Source: Paramecium tetraurelia
Lineage: Eukaryota
Assembly (NCBI GenBank): GCA_000165425.1
Contig: CT868667.1
Span: 124,001 to 188,000 of the forward strand
Direction of reading: 5' to 3'
Length of the DNA: 64,000 nucleotides
Made by a program: the position numbers and the translations under genes
Shown: in pieces, positions 1 to 13,141 of the stretch
How the letters are laid out: each line of letters begins with the position of its first letter
How positions within the stretch are numbered: position 1 is the first letter of the stretch
The notes under the pieces: generated by a model
Told to the model about the DNA's origin: nothing
Database searches by the model: none
What the model saw: the letters and a program-made list of their open reading frames with translations, nothing else

Positions 1-426
1 ATTGTTGGTTTCTATTATTTGAATAATGACTAGGATGTAATTTTAATGGAAGCAATTTTGACATAAGGTTCATTCAACACCACAATATCTAATTATGCAA
101 TCATCGTCAATAAATAATATCAAACTGGAGCAGCCTTATATATTTATAAAGACTCTATATATAATTACTCAATAGGTACTTGGAATGTAACATGTCTTTT
201 GAATTAAAAAACATCAAATTAAGTTAATGTTTCTATATTTTGTAAAAACGAATTTTCAAATGGGATTTATAATATTTCATTTAAAAAGCCTCCATTTAAA
301 AAATCTAGTAAAAGATGGATATATACTCTGATTTCAATAATTGGTTTACTTATATTATATTTTTACATTAAAGTTAAATAAAGGACAAAAGATTTAGACT
401 ATATTTCATCAGGTATTGAGTTATGA
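1..426 (+). CDS. 3' end of a single-pass membrane protein (5' truncated by window edge)
   Basis: Frame 1 is open with TAA/TAG=Gln up to TGA 424-426. C-terminal hydrophobic stretch WIYTLISIIGLLILYFYI is followed by basic residues. Confidence 0.7.
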
Positions 427-1493
427 TATATTATGTTAAATACAACACTAATAATAATCAAAAAAACTGTTTCATTTTACCATAAAAAATAACGACTTAA
501 TAAATTTATTATTGTTTATTATTTATTAAATATAAAATTTATAGAAAACCAAACTTTTTATTTAATATCATTATAATAAAGCGAAATATATATTCATTTT
601 ATAATAAATATCGCTTGTCCTTAATTTTATTCATTAACTTATCTTTCCTACATAATCAGAATATATAATGATCTCTTTTTTTCTCTTTAGACAGAATTTT
701 TGTATTTTTTTTTTTGATGAGGAAACAAGCTTAGTTAAAATTTAAGATGTATTATATATTCATAGGAAATCAGATATAATGAAATCCTTGGTTGATTATC
801 TAAGTATGCAGCCAATAATATAATAGAACCAATTTGATCATTTAATAAAAGAATCAATTTTTATTCAACTTGATTTGGAGATTCCTATTTTCAAATTTTT
901 TAATAGAGTTTATTTATCTTTGTAAATAAAGACGTCAATCGATTTGGTCAAGAAAATTCCTCTTGTCTACAAGTGATTTGAAGAGAGAAAATCTTGAATT
1001 ATGGATGAATTATTAATATTTCAATAGTCTAATTATAAAGTGTATTATTCAAAAAAAAAACAAAGTGATTACTATTTGGAAATGCATGGCAGTAAAAAAT
1101 TCTGATGGGAGGAGTTGGTTTTCTTGATGCAAATCACAAATAAGATCTTATATAAATAGAAATAAAATCTGATTAGGTCTGAATTCAATTAAAAAAAATT
1201 TAGGGATTTGGATCCTTATACAACAATCGCTGCTTTGTGATTACTTATCCAATTGATACTATTGTAGAAGAATTGACTCAATAAGATTTTGGTTAAAGAG
1301 TAAATATTTCATTTTCTAATTGTTAAAAAAGATGAGGAATGAAGGATTGTTGTATGATTATGGAGGTTTTGAATTTCCCTCAATAGATTAATTGAAGCAG
1401 CTGCCGTTTAATTTGGCTATTTCGATCATTTAGCAGAGTTATCAACTAGAGATTAGTTTGTTTATTGTTTATTTATAATTGTAATAACCCATA

Positions 1494-1880
1494 TCATATG
1501 TCATCTTCATCATCACTAGACAATTTTCTTCTCTTAAACTATGTAATTTAGACTGTAAATTTACAGTAACTTTTGTTTCTTGTTTTTTCTATCCTTCTGC
1601 TGCTTCTAGTAATTTTATCAATTCATCCTCAGAAAGTTGATTTGTAATCTTCCCTTGTTTGGCCCATTAACAAAGTTAGACTTCGATTAACTCTGCCTTC
1701 TCTGGTTTAACCAATTTGATATTTGCCACTAAACATGAAATATTCAATGTATTTACATCTTTGCTTTGCTTCAGGAGTCAATATTTGGGTCAAAATAGAC
1801 TTTTTGACTTCCTCCATTTGTTCCTTCTATGCTTATTATTATTTAAGCTATTCTAACTATTTCTAATCCAATTGATCCAT
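1494..1880 (-). CDS. PDCD5: Programmed cell death protein 5 (dsDNA-binding domain), 2 introns
   Basis: [34 protein letters not shown]...GKITNQLSEDELIKLL...VTFKRRK after removing two short GT-AG introns. Confidence 0.92.
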
Positions 1881-1961
1881 TAATTAATTTATATTATATA
1901 GAAATTATTATAACACATTCGAAATTATTATTAATAATTTTTGAGTTTAAAATTAATTAAA

Positions 1962-2648
1962 ATGGCAACAACCATGTTTCAACAAAATGAGGCCAACTTC
2001 AAAAACAAAGTAGAGGAATTCAATGATCTTTATAAATAATATGCACTTACTCAAAGCAAACAATTAGTATTTGAGAAGATGAAACTTGTTTTTGTTCAAG
2101 CTGAATAATAAGTAATCTGATTGAATATATTAAGTTCAAATTTATGGAAATTGAGTTTGGATCTTTCACAGATCTGCATTAAAAGGACTTTGCTTAAAAA
2201 ATGAAATCTAACAAACTTATTTTTGTGGAATGCCAAAAAAAACTTAGAGATTTATAATCAAATCTTGATAAAATGCCCTTATCAAATGTTAGCAGCAATA
2301 GTAAAAAACAAGCACCATCACCAATTAGAGGACCCAATTAAGATCTGCATACATAAGTGAAATAGCTAGACACTCTTGATTCTCGCTTATTAGAAGCCGA
2401 GGATACCTAATTAACCATTTTAGATAATATACGCAATCAAAAAGAGAAGTTACTCAAAGCCATTGAAGATGTATTGTATTTCTCAAATATTCTAGACCAA
2501 AGAAATTCAAGTTGGAGTCAAAATGACTTAAAGACATGCAACTATGATTAAGAATCGTCAATCTTACAACAAAGGAATCCTACTATCGTTAATATGCATC
2601 TTAACCATAGGAAATATACTTATTTTATATTACAAATTCATGAGTTGA
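1962..2648 (+). CDS. Qb-SNARE (Vti1/Gos1/membrin-like), tail-anchored, 2 introns
   Basis: N-terminal helical region, SNARE-like heptads (LLEAEDTQLTILDNIRNQKEKL) and a C-terminal TM segment GILLSLICILTIGNILILYY. Confidence 0.75.
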
Positions 2649-3531
2649 AGAGTTGATATAATCTATTATGATTATATACTTTACATTAATAATTAATAAA
2701 TATTTAAATTAATTTATATAAATTTTCCTTGTGTCCAATAAATTAAATGTATTTTTCTAGCTATTGATAACTCATATTTCCTTAAATCATTAGGGGGATT
2801 TTGACCTAAACTATTGAAATAAGGTAATTTCTATTAGTCTAAATGAGAAGTCAATAGCTTGACCAATTTTTGATTTTTTCTTACCTGATTATTAGAATCT
2901 TACTTTAATAGATAACTTATCCATTTAACTTCAATAATAGAACTACTTTATGTTTATCTAATGAATATAGATAAGTATTGCCTTATCGTCACTTCAGAAA
3001 ATAAGTAGATCCTCCTTATTTAATTACAATCATAATTTGTTTAAAATCATGTAATAAAGCAAGAAATTTCACAAAATTTCATGAGGAGGATTTGATGTTT
3101 ACCATTTCAAAACTATAGTTTTTCCTAACTCTTATAACCGTAGGTGTATTTAAACATTCATACTTACTGAAAATTTTTTCTGACTCTATAAGAACAAATA
3201 AATGGAGAGTTGGCTCGACCTTTATTAGGATATAAAACTTTTATTAATTGTTAAATTTTAAAAACAACATTAATAAGTATAAAATCACTCTAATTTTTAT
3301 TTTCAAACCTCATGATTAAATTTGGCCAACAATATTGTATTTCAATTTCATTTTTATTTCTTATCTGATGCCTCCTTTCATTTGAACTCATCTTAATTGA
3401 AATCTGAACTTCAAAAGTAGTTTCATAAGTTTAAACGCATTTTTAAGTGAAAACGTATTGTGGGGAAGAGTGAAAATACAATTAATGATTAAATCATATT
3501 GAATATTATGAATGCAAATGGAAAATGATAT

Positions 3532-4626
3532 TCAACTCAAAAGAAAGGTTTTTGTCATAATAAAAAAATTATAAGTTTGGCAAATAGCAAATACCATTAT
3601 TACTATTTTCAATATTTCCCAAAACTTTTGTAAACCTTCCTTACAATCAAATTCACTACTTTATCTTTATCTTTCTTATTCTTAAATTTAATTCATTTGA
3701 TCAAATGTATACTTTGCTATACGATAACTATTATTTTCATTCTTAACATTATCATAATTTATATTATTCATTTAATCAATAATGTTAGACACTGTTTATT
3801 AGATGTAAAATTTACAAATTTTTGCCTTTGTTTACCAAAAATTTCTCCCATTATTAAATTAATTTAAATTCTCTAGGTTTTAAGGTTAATTCTTTATATA
3901 AAACTGATAAGCTTTTATTTTTCCATCTTTTAGATATTCAATAATATAATATTTTTAATCTTCTGGTTATGACCCATTATTAGAATAATTAGTAACGACC
4001 AATAACGCTGAATGAGATTGTGATTCTCCTTCCTCATAGTAACTTTATTTTTCAGTCAATGCTAGAAATACCACATTTTTGTTAGATATGTTTTCCAGCA
4101 ATAGTTATTCAGTCAATTAATTTGCTACATCTTAACAGTTGTTTGTAAGAAGATTATAAGATCCCCTTAAATATGCAATATTTTGCATTCTATCCATAAT
4201 TTGAAAGACTGTGAGATCTAATGTATCAATATCAAACTATTTCTTTAATGAGATTTTCTCCCAAATAAATTCTTCATCCTCAAATTTATTCAAATCTTTT
4301 AAGAAGTGTGCATTATGTTTATTTTTTAAATTAATTTAGTAACCCTTAACTTTGCTATCATCTTGATATTCAACAATATGATATTATTTATCACTATTTA
4401 TCAACTAGTCATCTCTGTTTGAAGTAACTACCAATAAAGCTTAATGGAATATGCCAAACTCTTTAAGTATCAAAATATTAATCAAATGCCTTTTAAAATT
4501 TGCTATAAATATGACTTAATTCAAACTAACATCCTTTTAGACTTGTTTTTATCCATTTGGGATCCGACTGCTAGAACCTTATGATGTTATTTGAAATTCA
4601 TTATTAACTGCTCTATTTGAAGTCAT
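3532..4626 (-). CDS. Tandem permuted papain-fold (PPPDE/LRAT-like) protein with C-terminal TM helix
   Basis: Single 1095-nt ORF. Domain 1 has HQALLVV...YNLLTNNCQDVA. Domain 2 has HSALLVV...ENNSYRIA. Hydrophobic tail ILKIVIMVFAICQTYNFFIM. Confidence 0.7.
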
Positions 4627-5964
4627 TATATGAATTGTTCTTAGTCAATATTAATTTAATATAAAAATGAAAATCTAATTCTATCACATTTATTCGTAGA
4701 ATTAGATCAAATATATAATTAATTTTCTAATCATTCCCTACAGCAAGATAAAAAAATGCAAACAATAAAATTTATAAAAGAGAAACTTATATTCATATAG
4801 ATTATCTAAAATAAAGATGCTGAAATTTATAAATGAGAATTCAAAAAAGGATTTCATATTTTCGTAACCTTAATTGGTTTATGAATTAGTACTTTCTTGC
4901 TTCTTCTAATTAATTTAATTGGGTTTATTTATTTTTGACAAAGATATTATCTATTGAGCCTGAATGATTAGATTTTATAGGTACTAACTCAGTTTAGGTT
5001 TTTGTTTGAAACATCACTTGATTTAAAGCATTCATTGAGATATAATAATCAAATATATTGAATTTAACCAAATTTTTCACTTTTCAATTTGATAGTTCAT
5101 TTTTTTCGTATTGAGTGATTGCATTAACTTTTATATAATTCTATTCTAGGATTAAAATCTGAAGGATTTTAATATTTTATTTTTGATGGGATCCTTAAAG
5201 TTTTTGGAGATTTTTAGATGGAAAAGTGTCTAATTTAATCTATTTCTAATTATTTAATATTTCTACGAATCTTGCTACATATCCTTGGTATGTTATTTAA
5301 TTGAAAACCAAGGATTTTTAATGTTATATTAATATATTTTCTGAATTTTTATATAATAATTAAAAATAGTTTTAGCTTTTCATTTTCGAATATTTTCGTT
5401 AAATGGATTTGATTATAAATCATTATCTTGCAGTTTGAACCATTATTTTAGTATAACTTATAGTTCAATGTCAGGTGAGATAGAATATACAAGTATTTAA
5501 TGATTATCTAATATTCATTTAAGTTTTAATTGAAGTTCTGTAAATCCATACAGTTTTTATTATATTATAATTAATTGATATATTTAATTTATTTATATTA
5601 TTCTAATACTTGAGGATATATTATATAAAGTGAATATGATTCCTTTATCTTCGCTAAAATCACTTATTTTAGTAATTTCATAAGAATATATAATCAATTC
5701 TATTCTTAAAGCAAAGAAGTCTATATTAGAATTAAAACTATGGTTTAAAGTAATACTTCATAAATAGCTTTGAATTATCTTCTTTAGTTCAATTACTCCA
5801 TTTTTTCATTAATAGATTATGGATTATGCAAAATATTAAGGAATTCCAATTTAAAGATTATAGCAATTTAATATCTCATATGACGCATTTAGAAAATGGT
5901 CCAATTAAATTTTACAATCTTTCATCAGGAATTTATTATTTTAAAAATACTAGAAGTTTAGATT

Positions 5965-8000
5965 ATGACTGAGGATATTTACCCATTGTTCGGATGGGAG
6001 GACCCTGTTCCGAATGAATTTAAGGAGATCTTCTCCAAATGCACCAAGTAAGAGTTTAATTGATTATTGTTCTTTTAGTGAGTCAGACTCTCGAAAGTGT
6101 AGTAGCACATTAGAAGAATCATTAAGTAGTTGAGTTGTATGTATGTTTTTAGTAGTTGACGAAGATTATGAGATAATAGGAAGAAGCCAAAATGAAAATT
6201 CAATCTGCCCACTCTGTTATCAAAATGTACAATAAGGTAATACTCAATTGTACTCCAATCTACTTTCCCAGTATTTTGATGTGCACACTAAATGTGCCCT
6301 CACATGCAAACATAAAACAGCATAACTTGCCTTGTTAACAGATTAAATCAAGCATGCTCAAATAATGGAGAGAGTGCCAGTAGACTACGACTTATTGGAT
6401 CTGAACGTCAAAGTCTTCATAGAATTTAGAATATTCCACACTATTGCACAACAGCCATATCTCAACCTCACTCACTCCACAACTCTGAAATAGAAGAAAA
6501 ATGCCTCTATTCTAATAGATTATGCAAATCTGAGAGAGTATTTTGGAAAAAGACAGAAGCATCTTGTACCATTGATATAAGGTCGTATTAAAATTGATGT
6601 TCACATTATGGATAGTAATCTTATGCAAGAAGCAAAGAATGTCCATAGTTATGAATTCTACTACAATGCAAGCAAAGTGTCTAGCGATTACATCTGCATT
6701 GGTTACGATGATATATGCATTTCAATGTAGAGGGAAGATGAACACAATCAACCATTGTTGTGTTTAAAATCACTTAAAATCAACTTGTCTCCAGACATTA
6801 CTAAATGTCTGACCAAACAATCCCCAAAGTCCTCTCCCATTGTTGATTCATTCCTTTTCTCACCTAAAACACGTAATTTCACTCCTCAAGTTGGTCCCAC
6901 TCAATAAAGAGTCCGATTCTAATCATTCCAATTGGAAGAGTAGACACAACCAGATGAATGGACTGAAGATTTATAAAGTTTTGAGTAAATAAGGGGCAAG
7001 ATAGTGAATTTTGCAAAGACTTAACATGGGAGTCGTCTCATCCAAAAGCATTTCACTACATGTACACAAATAGAGTTGGATCAATTATTGCAAGAGATAG
7101 GTTCAAATATAGGGGATTTAATGATTGATCCTTATGCCAATTATATGTTTGGTAGTTTGAGTTAAAGTTGTGCTCCCCATTAACGATTATATATTTTACA
7201 AACAGTAACATTTTATTAATATATATTTTTCAGATTTCCAACCGCTTAGTAGATATTGCATGTGATAAAAAGGGTACTCATGCTATTCAATCTTTGGTTT
7301 CTTTGATATCATCAAAATAAGAAGAGGAAATGGTTGAAAATAGCATAAAAAATCATATTATTAATCTCACATTAGACAGCCAAGGAACACATTTGATCAA
7401 AAAGATCATAGCGAGATTTTCTGAGGATCGTTTGAATTTGATATTTAGCAAATTAATGGAGAAATTCATTTAGGTTGTCAATCATCAGTTTGGACTTTGT
7501 GTTTTGAAGGATCTCATAACCAAATTTAAAAATAATCCAGAGAAATGCACCTTTATTTTAATTAAGATGCGCGATCAATTGGATGACATAGTGCAAGATC
7601 CCTTCGGTAATTATGGTGTACAACACGCGATCGATGTAAATTATGAATATCTATATTTAAGGTCTATGGAGATTTAAAATGCACTCCTATAATTGATAAA
7701 ATCTTATAGAAATTGGTACAACTATCAATCCACAAATATTCTTCAAATGTTGTGGAGAAATGCATTTTAGAAACGTCAGCAAAAACCTAGAAACGATTCA
7801 TCAAGCAATTGTCTCAAGACGTCATTTGTTTGGAATTGATGAAAAATAAGTTTGGAACCTTTGTATTACAGAAGGCTCTTCAGGAAGCTGAGAAATTAGG
7901 CGAAGGAGAGCAATTGCAATAGGCTCTTTAGCGTAACTTGCCTTCCATCTATGCTCAGAGCATTAGGCAGAAGTGGACGGATTACTTAACTAAGAAGTGA
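5965..8000 (+). CDS. Pumilio/Puf-family RNA-binding protein (8 C-terminal Puf repeats)
   Basis: Repeats include AKTQHGSRLIQ, ACDKKGTHAIQ, VQDPFGNYGVQHAI, SIHKYSSNVVEKCI and MKNKFGTFVLQKAL. Several short introns. Confidence 0.9.
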
Positions 8001-8094
8001 TTAATTTGATCTGTATATATATATTATAATGAATGTACATTACATTATTAAAAACATCATTCATAATAATTTTAGTATTATTCTACATTAGATA

Positions 8095-10634
8095 ATGAAA
8101 ATCATCATTCGTTATTGTTCGCAATGGGGTAACATGAGTACCAAAACGTGTACGGTTAATCCCAACATCAAAGTGGCCCAATTGAAATAATAAATCGCCC
8201 AACTCACTGATATTCGAGAGGAGGATCAGACATTGATCCTAAACGAACACACTCTTGAGGACGATCGGCATCTTTTCAGCTACAACCCAGAAGATTGTCA
8301 ATTCATTTATGTGAATAGGGAAAATCAAGCAGTCGAAGAAGAAGCCCCTGAAACAGAGGTTCTGGAAGTTCAGAAAGGCTACAATCGTATGAAAGGATAT
8401 GAGAAGTTGGGCATTGTGCATGAGGACTCCGAAGAAGAAGATGACACTCGAAAAAAATCTGTAGGAATGCACAAATCCTAAATGGAAATCGCTGCTGAAT
8501 TCATTAAGGTAAGCATTATGTCTCAATTTATAAGCTAGTCAAGTGCAATGACATTCCAGCAGTTAAGGCGATGGTGAGCAATCATAAAAGTCCGTCCTTC
8601 GATATTATCAACGACAGATAATATTGTGGATTTAGTGGATTCCACTATGCTAATCAATAAGGTCACGAAGAACTGGTTGTCTATCTCATTGAGGAAGGTG
8701 CTGATATTAATTTCTGTACCAAAGACAGACAATCCCCACTTCAATTGGCTTTAAAAAACTCTAAAATAGAATGTGCTAAACTTCTGCTTAGCAAGTAGGT
8801 TTGCGATGTGAATTATTGTTCATAAGGCAAGAGTGCCTTACAATTGGCAGTCCAAAAAGGTGAGTTAGACATAGTAGAACTGATTCTCAAACACCCCAAC
8901 TTCGATGCTCAGGCAGTTGATTTGAGTGAAATTAAAGGAGATCAGCATGCTACTCAGTTGGTCACTTACCATTGTTAATAGAAGTTGAATAAGGCTCAAG
9001 AACTGGTTAAGCCCAAGGCTCAAAAGGGATACATCAAAAAAGTGAACGTGATGAAGTTCTTTCACTATAAACGTTACTTAACATTAGATCCAGAGGCAGG
9101 TACTCTGTGTAGGTACAAAACGGAAAGTGACTGTCCTCTTAATCCAATTGAGACGATAGCTTTGTCCACTATAGTTACTGTGTGGAATCCTAAGAGGGAA
9201 TGGTATATGAAGAGTGATCACGAATATTTGAGTGTAATTAAAATAGATCATAATATTGTAGGTTTCTTTTAAAAAGAGTGGAGTAGAGATACTGTTATTT
9301 TGTTCCAAGAGCAAGACTACGATTTTGAGTTGGAAGAAGAGTCTTGAAGACTCGATTCTGTATTACAAGGAGACTGAAAGGAAGATAGCTCAATTATCGA
9401 TACAAGGAGACATAATGGCATTGAATCAATACATCGGCAATGGTGGTGGCGGATAGTTTAACCTAATTGCAGACTCTCGATGTTAATCATTGAATGAAAA
9501 CGCTGCTTAACACTTAAAAGTGGAAGCTCAATAAGTCTAGGAACAAATGTAATAATAATAGTAATAATTGTAATAATAACAACAATAACAACAATTATCT
9601 CCAGTCCGCACTCTTTCTCCAGTAGAAGGAAACCATGGGAATGAATCACACAAGTAGTACTTAATACATTATTCAATCATCAAACAGGTTGGATAAGGAG
9701 CATTTGGCAAAGTGTTCTTGGTGAAATACAACCCTACTAATTAAGTGTATGCTATGAAACAGTTAAACAAGAGAAAATTGTTGCAGAAGAAGCAAGTCAA
9801 ATTTGCAGTCACTGAATGTGACATCTTGAAGTAGGTAGATTCACCTTACATTGTGAATCTGTTCCAATCTTTTTAGACTCTCAACAATCTCTATTTAGTG
9901 ATGGACTATTGCGGTGGAGGAGACCTATCGTTTCATCTGTATAAACACAAAACCTTCAATGAAGCCACATGCAAGATCATCATCAGGCAATTGATGAAGG
10001 CAGTGGAATACTTGCATAGCAAAGATATCATCTACAGAGATCTAAAGCCTGAGAATGTCCTCATCGACAATGAAAGTAAGATTAAGTTAGTTGATTTCGG
10101 ACTATCTAAACAAACTGAAATTGGAAAGGCTAGAACCTTTTGTGGTTCGCCTGCTTATCTTGCACCAGAAGTGCTTTCATAGAAGGGAGCAGTACAAGCT
10201 ACAGATGTTTATGGAATAGGCACAGTGTTGTACGAGTTACTGATTGGGGAACCTCCTTATTTTAGTGAGGATTTAGACACTTTATATAACAACATCAGGA
10301 ACGATAATTTGGAGATCCCAACTCGATTGAGCAAACCATGCCAATCCTTATTGTAGAGTTTGTTGCAGAAGGAAGCCAATAAGAGGATTGGGTGCAAGAT
10401 TCCGTCCTAAGTCAATTGGAATATCATTAAACAGCACGAGTGGTTGGATTGGGACAACCCTTAGGAGAAGGTCAATTTTGGATTGACTCAAGAGAACTTG
10501 GCTAGCGTTGTTAAGAATTATACTCATGTAAATTTTTGATTGAATTTATTTAGAATTTGGGTGACACCGATTACTCCGAGGAAAATTATAAACTTAATAG
10601 AATAGTCGGGTGGACATTTGCCAGGGTTGTTTGA
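8095..10634 (+). CDS. AGC Ser/Thr kinase with N-terminal ubiquitin-like, ankyrin and PH domains
   Basis: UBL (VAQLKQQIAQLTDIREEDQTLILNEHTLEDDRHLFSYN), three ANK repeats (GHEELVVYLIEEGADIN, SPLQLA, SALQLAVQKG), PH (KGYIKK...KRYLTL), kinase motifs GQGAFGKV, YAMK, YRDLKPEN, DFG, TFCGSPAYLAPE, and tail VGWTF. Confidence 0.92.
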
Positions 10635-10683
10635 TTAAATTATATTTATGTTTGTCATCTATATAGATATATAAGGGATCTCA

Positions 10684-11193
10684 TCATTCGAACAGCAATT
10701 TCAAGGACACTCTCAATTGTTTCTCCTCTAATCTGAAGTACAAGTTGCGAGTGAAGTAATATAACACCAGTAGTATGCAAAACTCAATACTGATATTGGT
10801 GATGAGCATCACTCCCTAAGCTTGAGTTATGTAGCATTCACCCCAATTTCGATTCTTCAGAATTGCAGCAAATACCAAAGCTATTACTTTTGAAATCAAT
10901 GTCAAAATGACTGAAAAGTTCACATAACATATGGTTTTGGATTGCGAGACCAAATGTAGACAGGCATACGAAAACACTCCATTCAAAATATAAGAAATTA
11001 ACTAAGTGATGGCCACTTGTTATCCTGTCTACGCACTGCAAGTTGTATATAGTTCTACTAAGAGCACTATGTAAATGATGGATCCCAAGAAACTCACAAA
11101 CATAGAGGTGACAAAGAGGTAGCCATAATATTTCAATAGCTTCCTCAAGGAGTAAGTCTCATCGGTTTTGCCTTCAATAAGAAAATTATCCAT
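10684..11193 (-). CDS. Small multi-pass (about 4 TM) membrane protein
   Basis: 510-nt ORF MDNFLIEG...LKLLFE with four hydrophobic segments. Confidence 0.7.
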
Positions 11194-11206
11194 GATAAAA
11201 TTATAA

Positions 11207-11647
11207 TCATTATACTCTCGAAATTGGCCTACTAATCGTGTATTATCCTGGTCCTGGAGATTGTTCGATTTGAAAACTGCTGACTCTAGCCTTGGTGAAT
11301 GAAATCCCTCTACTTCTAAGAGTTGATCCCAATTCATATGTTCCAGGTCCAGGGTTCTTTTGCTACACAGAACGAGGTCTTGATTTCATGTAATCCATGA
11401 ACTCTCTATTGACTCTATACAGTTTGTCCGCTTATTGTTTGATGGATTTAAAATCAGCGATGTTGTAATTGCCTGGACCTGGAGTTTGAATATGATGAGC
11501 AAATATTAGTCGTTGACTTCTGGGGAAGGAAGGACCACCACATTTAATTTACTAAATGAGAGTGGGATCTCCAACTACGAAGTTCTCCGAATATATTTGG
11601 AGTTTAGGAAATCGATCAGCCTTCCCAAAGGTTGATTATTTATTCAT
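11207..11647 (-). CDS. SHIPPO/STPG-repeat (ODF3-like) ciliary protein
   Basis: Three PGPGxY repeats: TPGPGNY, NPGPGTY, SPGPGQY. 441-nt ORF. Confidence 0.85.
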
Positions 11648-11800
11648 CTGAAGTATAATTTAATTTTAATTAACTAAATTTTGTAACTATCAAAGACACT
11701 CTCTAGATTTGCAGAATTTAACGCAGAAGTTCAAAAAAGCACAAGATTAGTATTCTATTTTTGAATTAATTATTATAATAATAAATTTAAATATACTTTC

Positions 11801-13141
11801 ATGAGTAGAAAGAACAGTGAGGATGATGGTATCATTTAATTTGACGAGGATGACAATCAATAAGACAACAAGAATAAGATGAGTGCTAAACAACAAATCA
11901 AAACTCGGAAAGAGTCAGACGATGATGAAATCATTCACGAACCAGGGATGCAACAAATCAATTAATAAGAATAGGAATTGAATAACCTCAGATTGAATAG
12001 ACCTAAAACATCAGGATAAGAAATGAAAATAAAACAATCAGATTAATAATAGGAAAATTAGTTTGAATAAATTCAACAACGAAGAGAACACCAATCTGAA
12101 GAATCATCTAACAATACTGAGGAAAGAGATGAGCATAATTAATCAGTAGTCAACTTCTAATCAGAGGCTGGAGAACAAGTTGAAGTGGAAGATGGAGATC
12201 AACAAGTGCAACCCAGAAGTCTTCCATTACAAAGACTAGATGATAATGATCAACAACCTCAATCACAAGAAATTTAGTTATAATAATAATAACCTCCTCA
12301 GTCATCGAACAATCAAAGGCAAGTCTCTGTTAATCCATTCCCTCAGAAACTTGAAATCGATTACGTGAGAGAATAAATGAAAGGCCAAGACAAGGGAAGA
12401 TAATTCCTAACAACCCCATTGAAAGAGAATAGAACCTTGCAATGCTACATCAAAAGAGATAAGAGTGGTCTTGCAAGGCTTTACCCAGTTTATCATGTTT
12501 ATACAACCGATGGAGACGTCTACTTATTCAGTGCTAAGAAAGTAGTCATGAACACTTCATCCAACTATGTGATTTCCATGGACAAGAAAGAATTCTCAAC
12601 CAGAAAACCATGCTTCTTAGGCAAAGTCAGATCCAATTTCCTTGGAACTGAATTCATTCTTTGGGACGAAGGCAAGAACTTCAAAAAATGCAAAGACACC
12701 ACTCTAATCAGAAATTAGTTAGGAGTAGTCTATTATGAAAGTCATATCATGTAGAATAAATGTCCTAGGAAGATGAAGGTTCTAATACCTAAGGTTGGAG
12801 AAATGAATATTCCTAAAATGTTCCAACCCCTTCATGATAAAGAAGGCATACAATATGATTACCAATATAATAAGCGTGAATTCATTGAGGAATTTGTCAA
12901 CAAACCTCCTAGATGGGATACCAAAATGAAAGCCCATGTTCTAAACTTCTACGGAAGAGTAGATCAACCCTCAGTCAAAAATTTCCAATTAGTCAAACCA
13001 GATAATCATTAATTCATTTATCTCCAATTTGGAAGAGTCGATGATCTCTTGTTCAATGTAGACTTCTGTTTTCCCCTATCACCTCTTCAAGCATTCTAAA
13101 TCTGCGTGACCTCCTTCGACTTCAAATTTGCATGTGAGTGA
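11801..13141 (+). CDS. Tubby-family protein
   Basis: C-terminal Tub domain: CYIKRDKSG, GKVRSNFLGTEF, NKPPRWD, LNFYGRVDQPSVKNFQL, LQFGRV, ending FDFKFACE. Q/E-rich N-terminus. Confidence 0.95.

Noticed and set aside
700..1480. Coding-like fragments with scattered TGA (similar stretches at 2700-3300, 4700-5600, 15500-16400, 20450-21200 and 46400-47400)
   Set aside because: Probably decayed genes, but there is no continuous frame or recognisable family. The TGAs come with frameshifts, so selenocysteine or readthrough is not supported.
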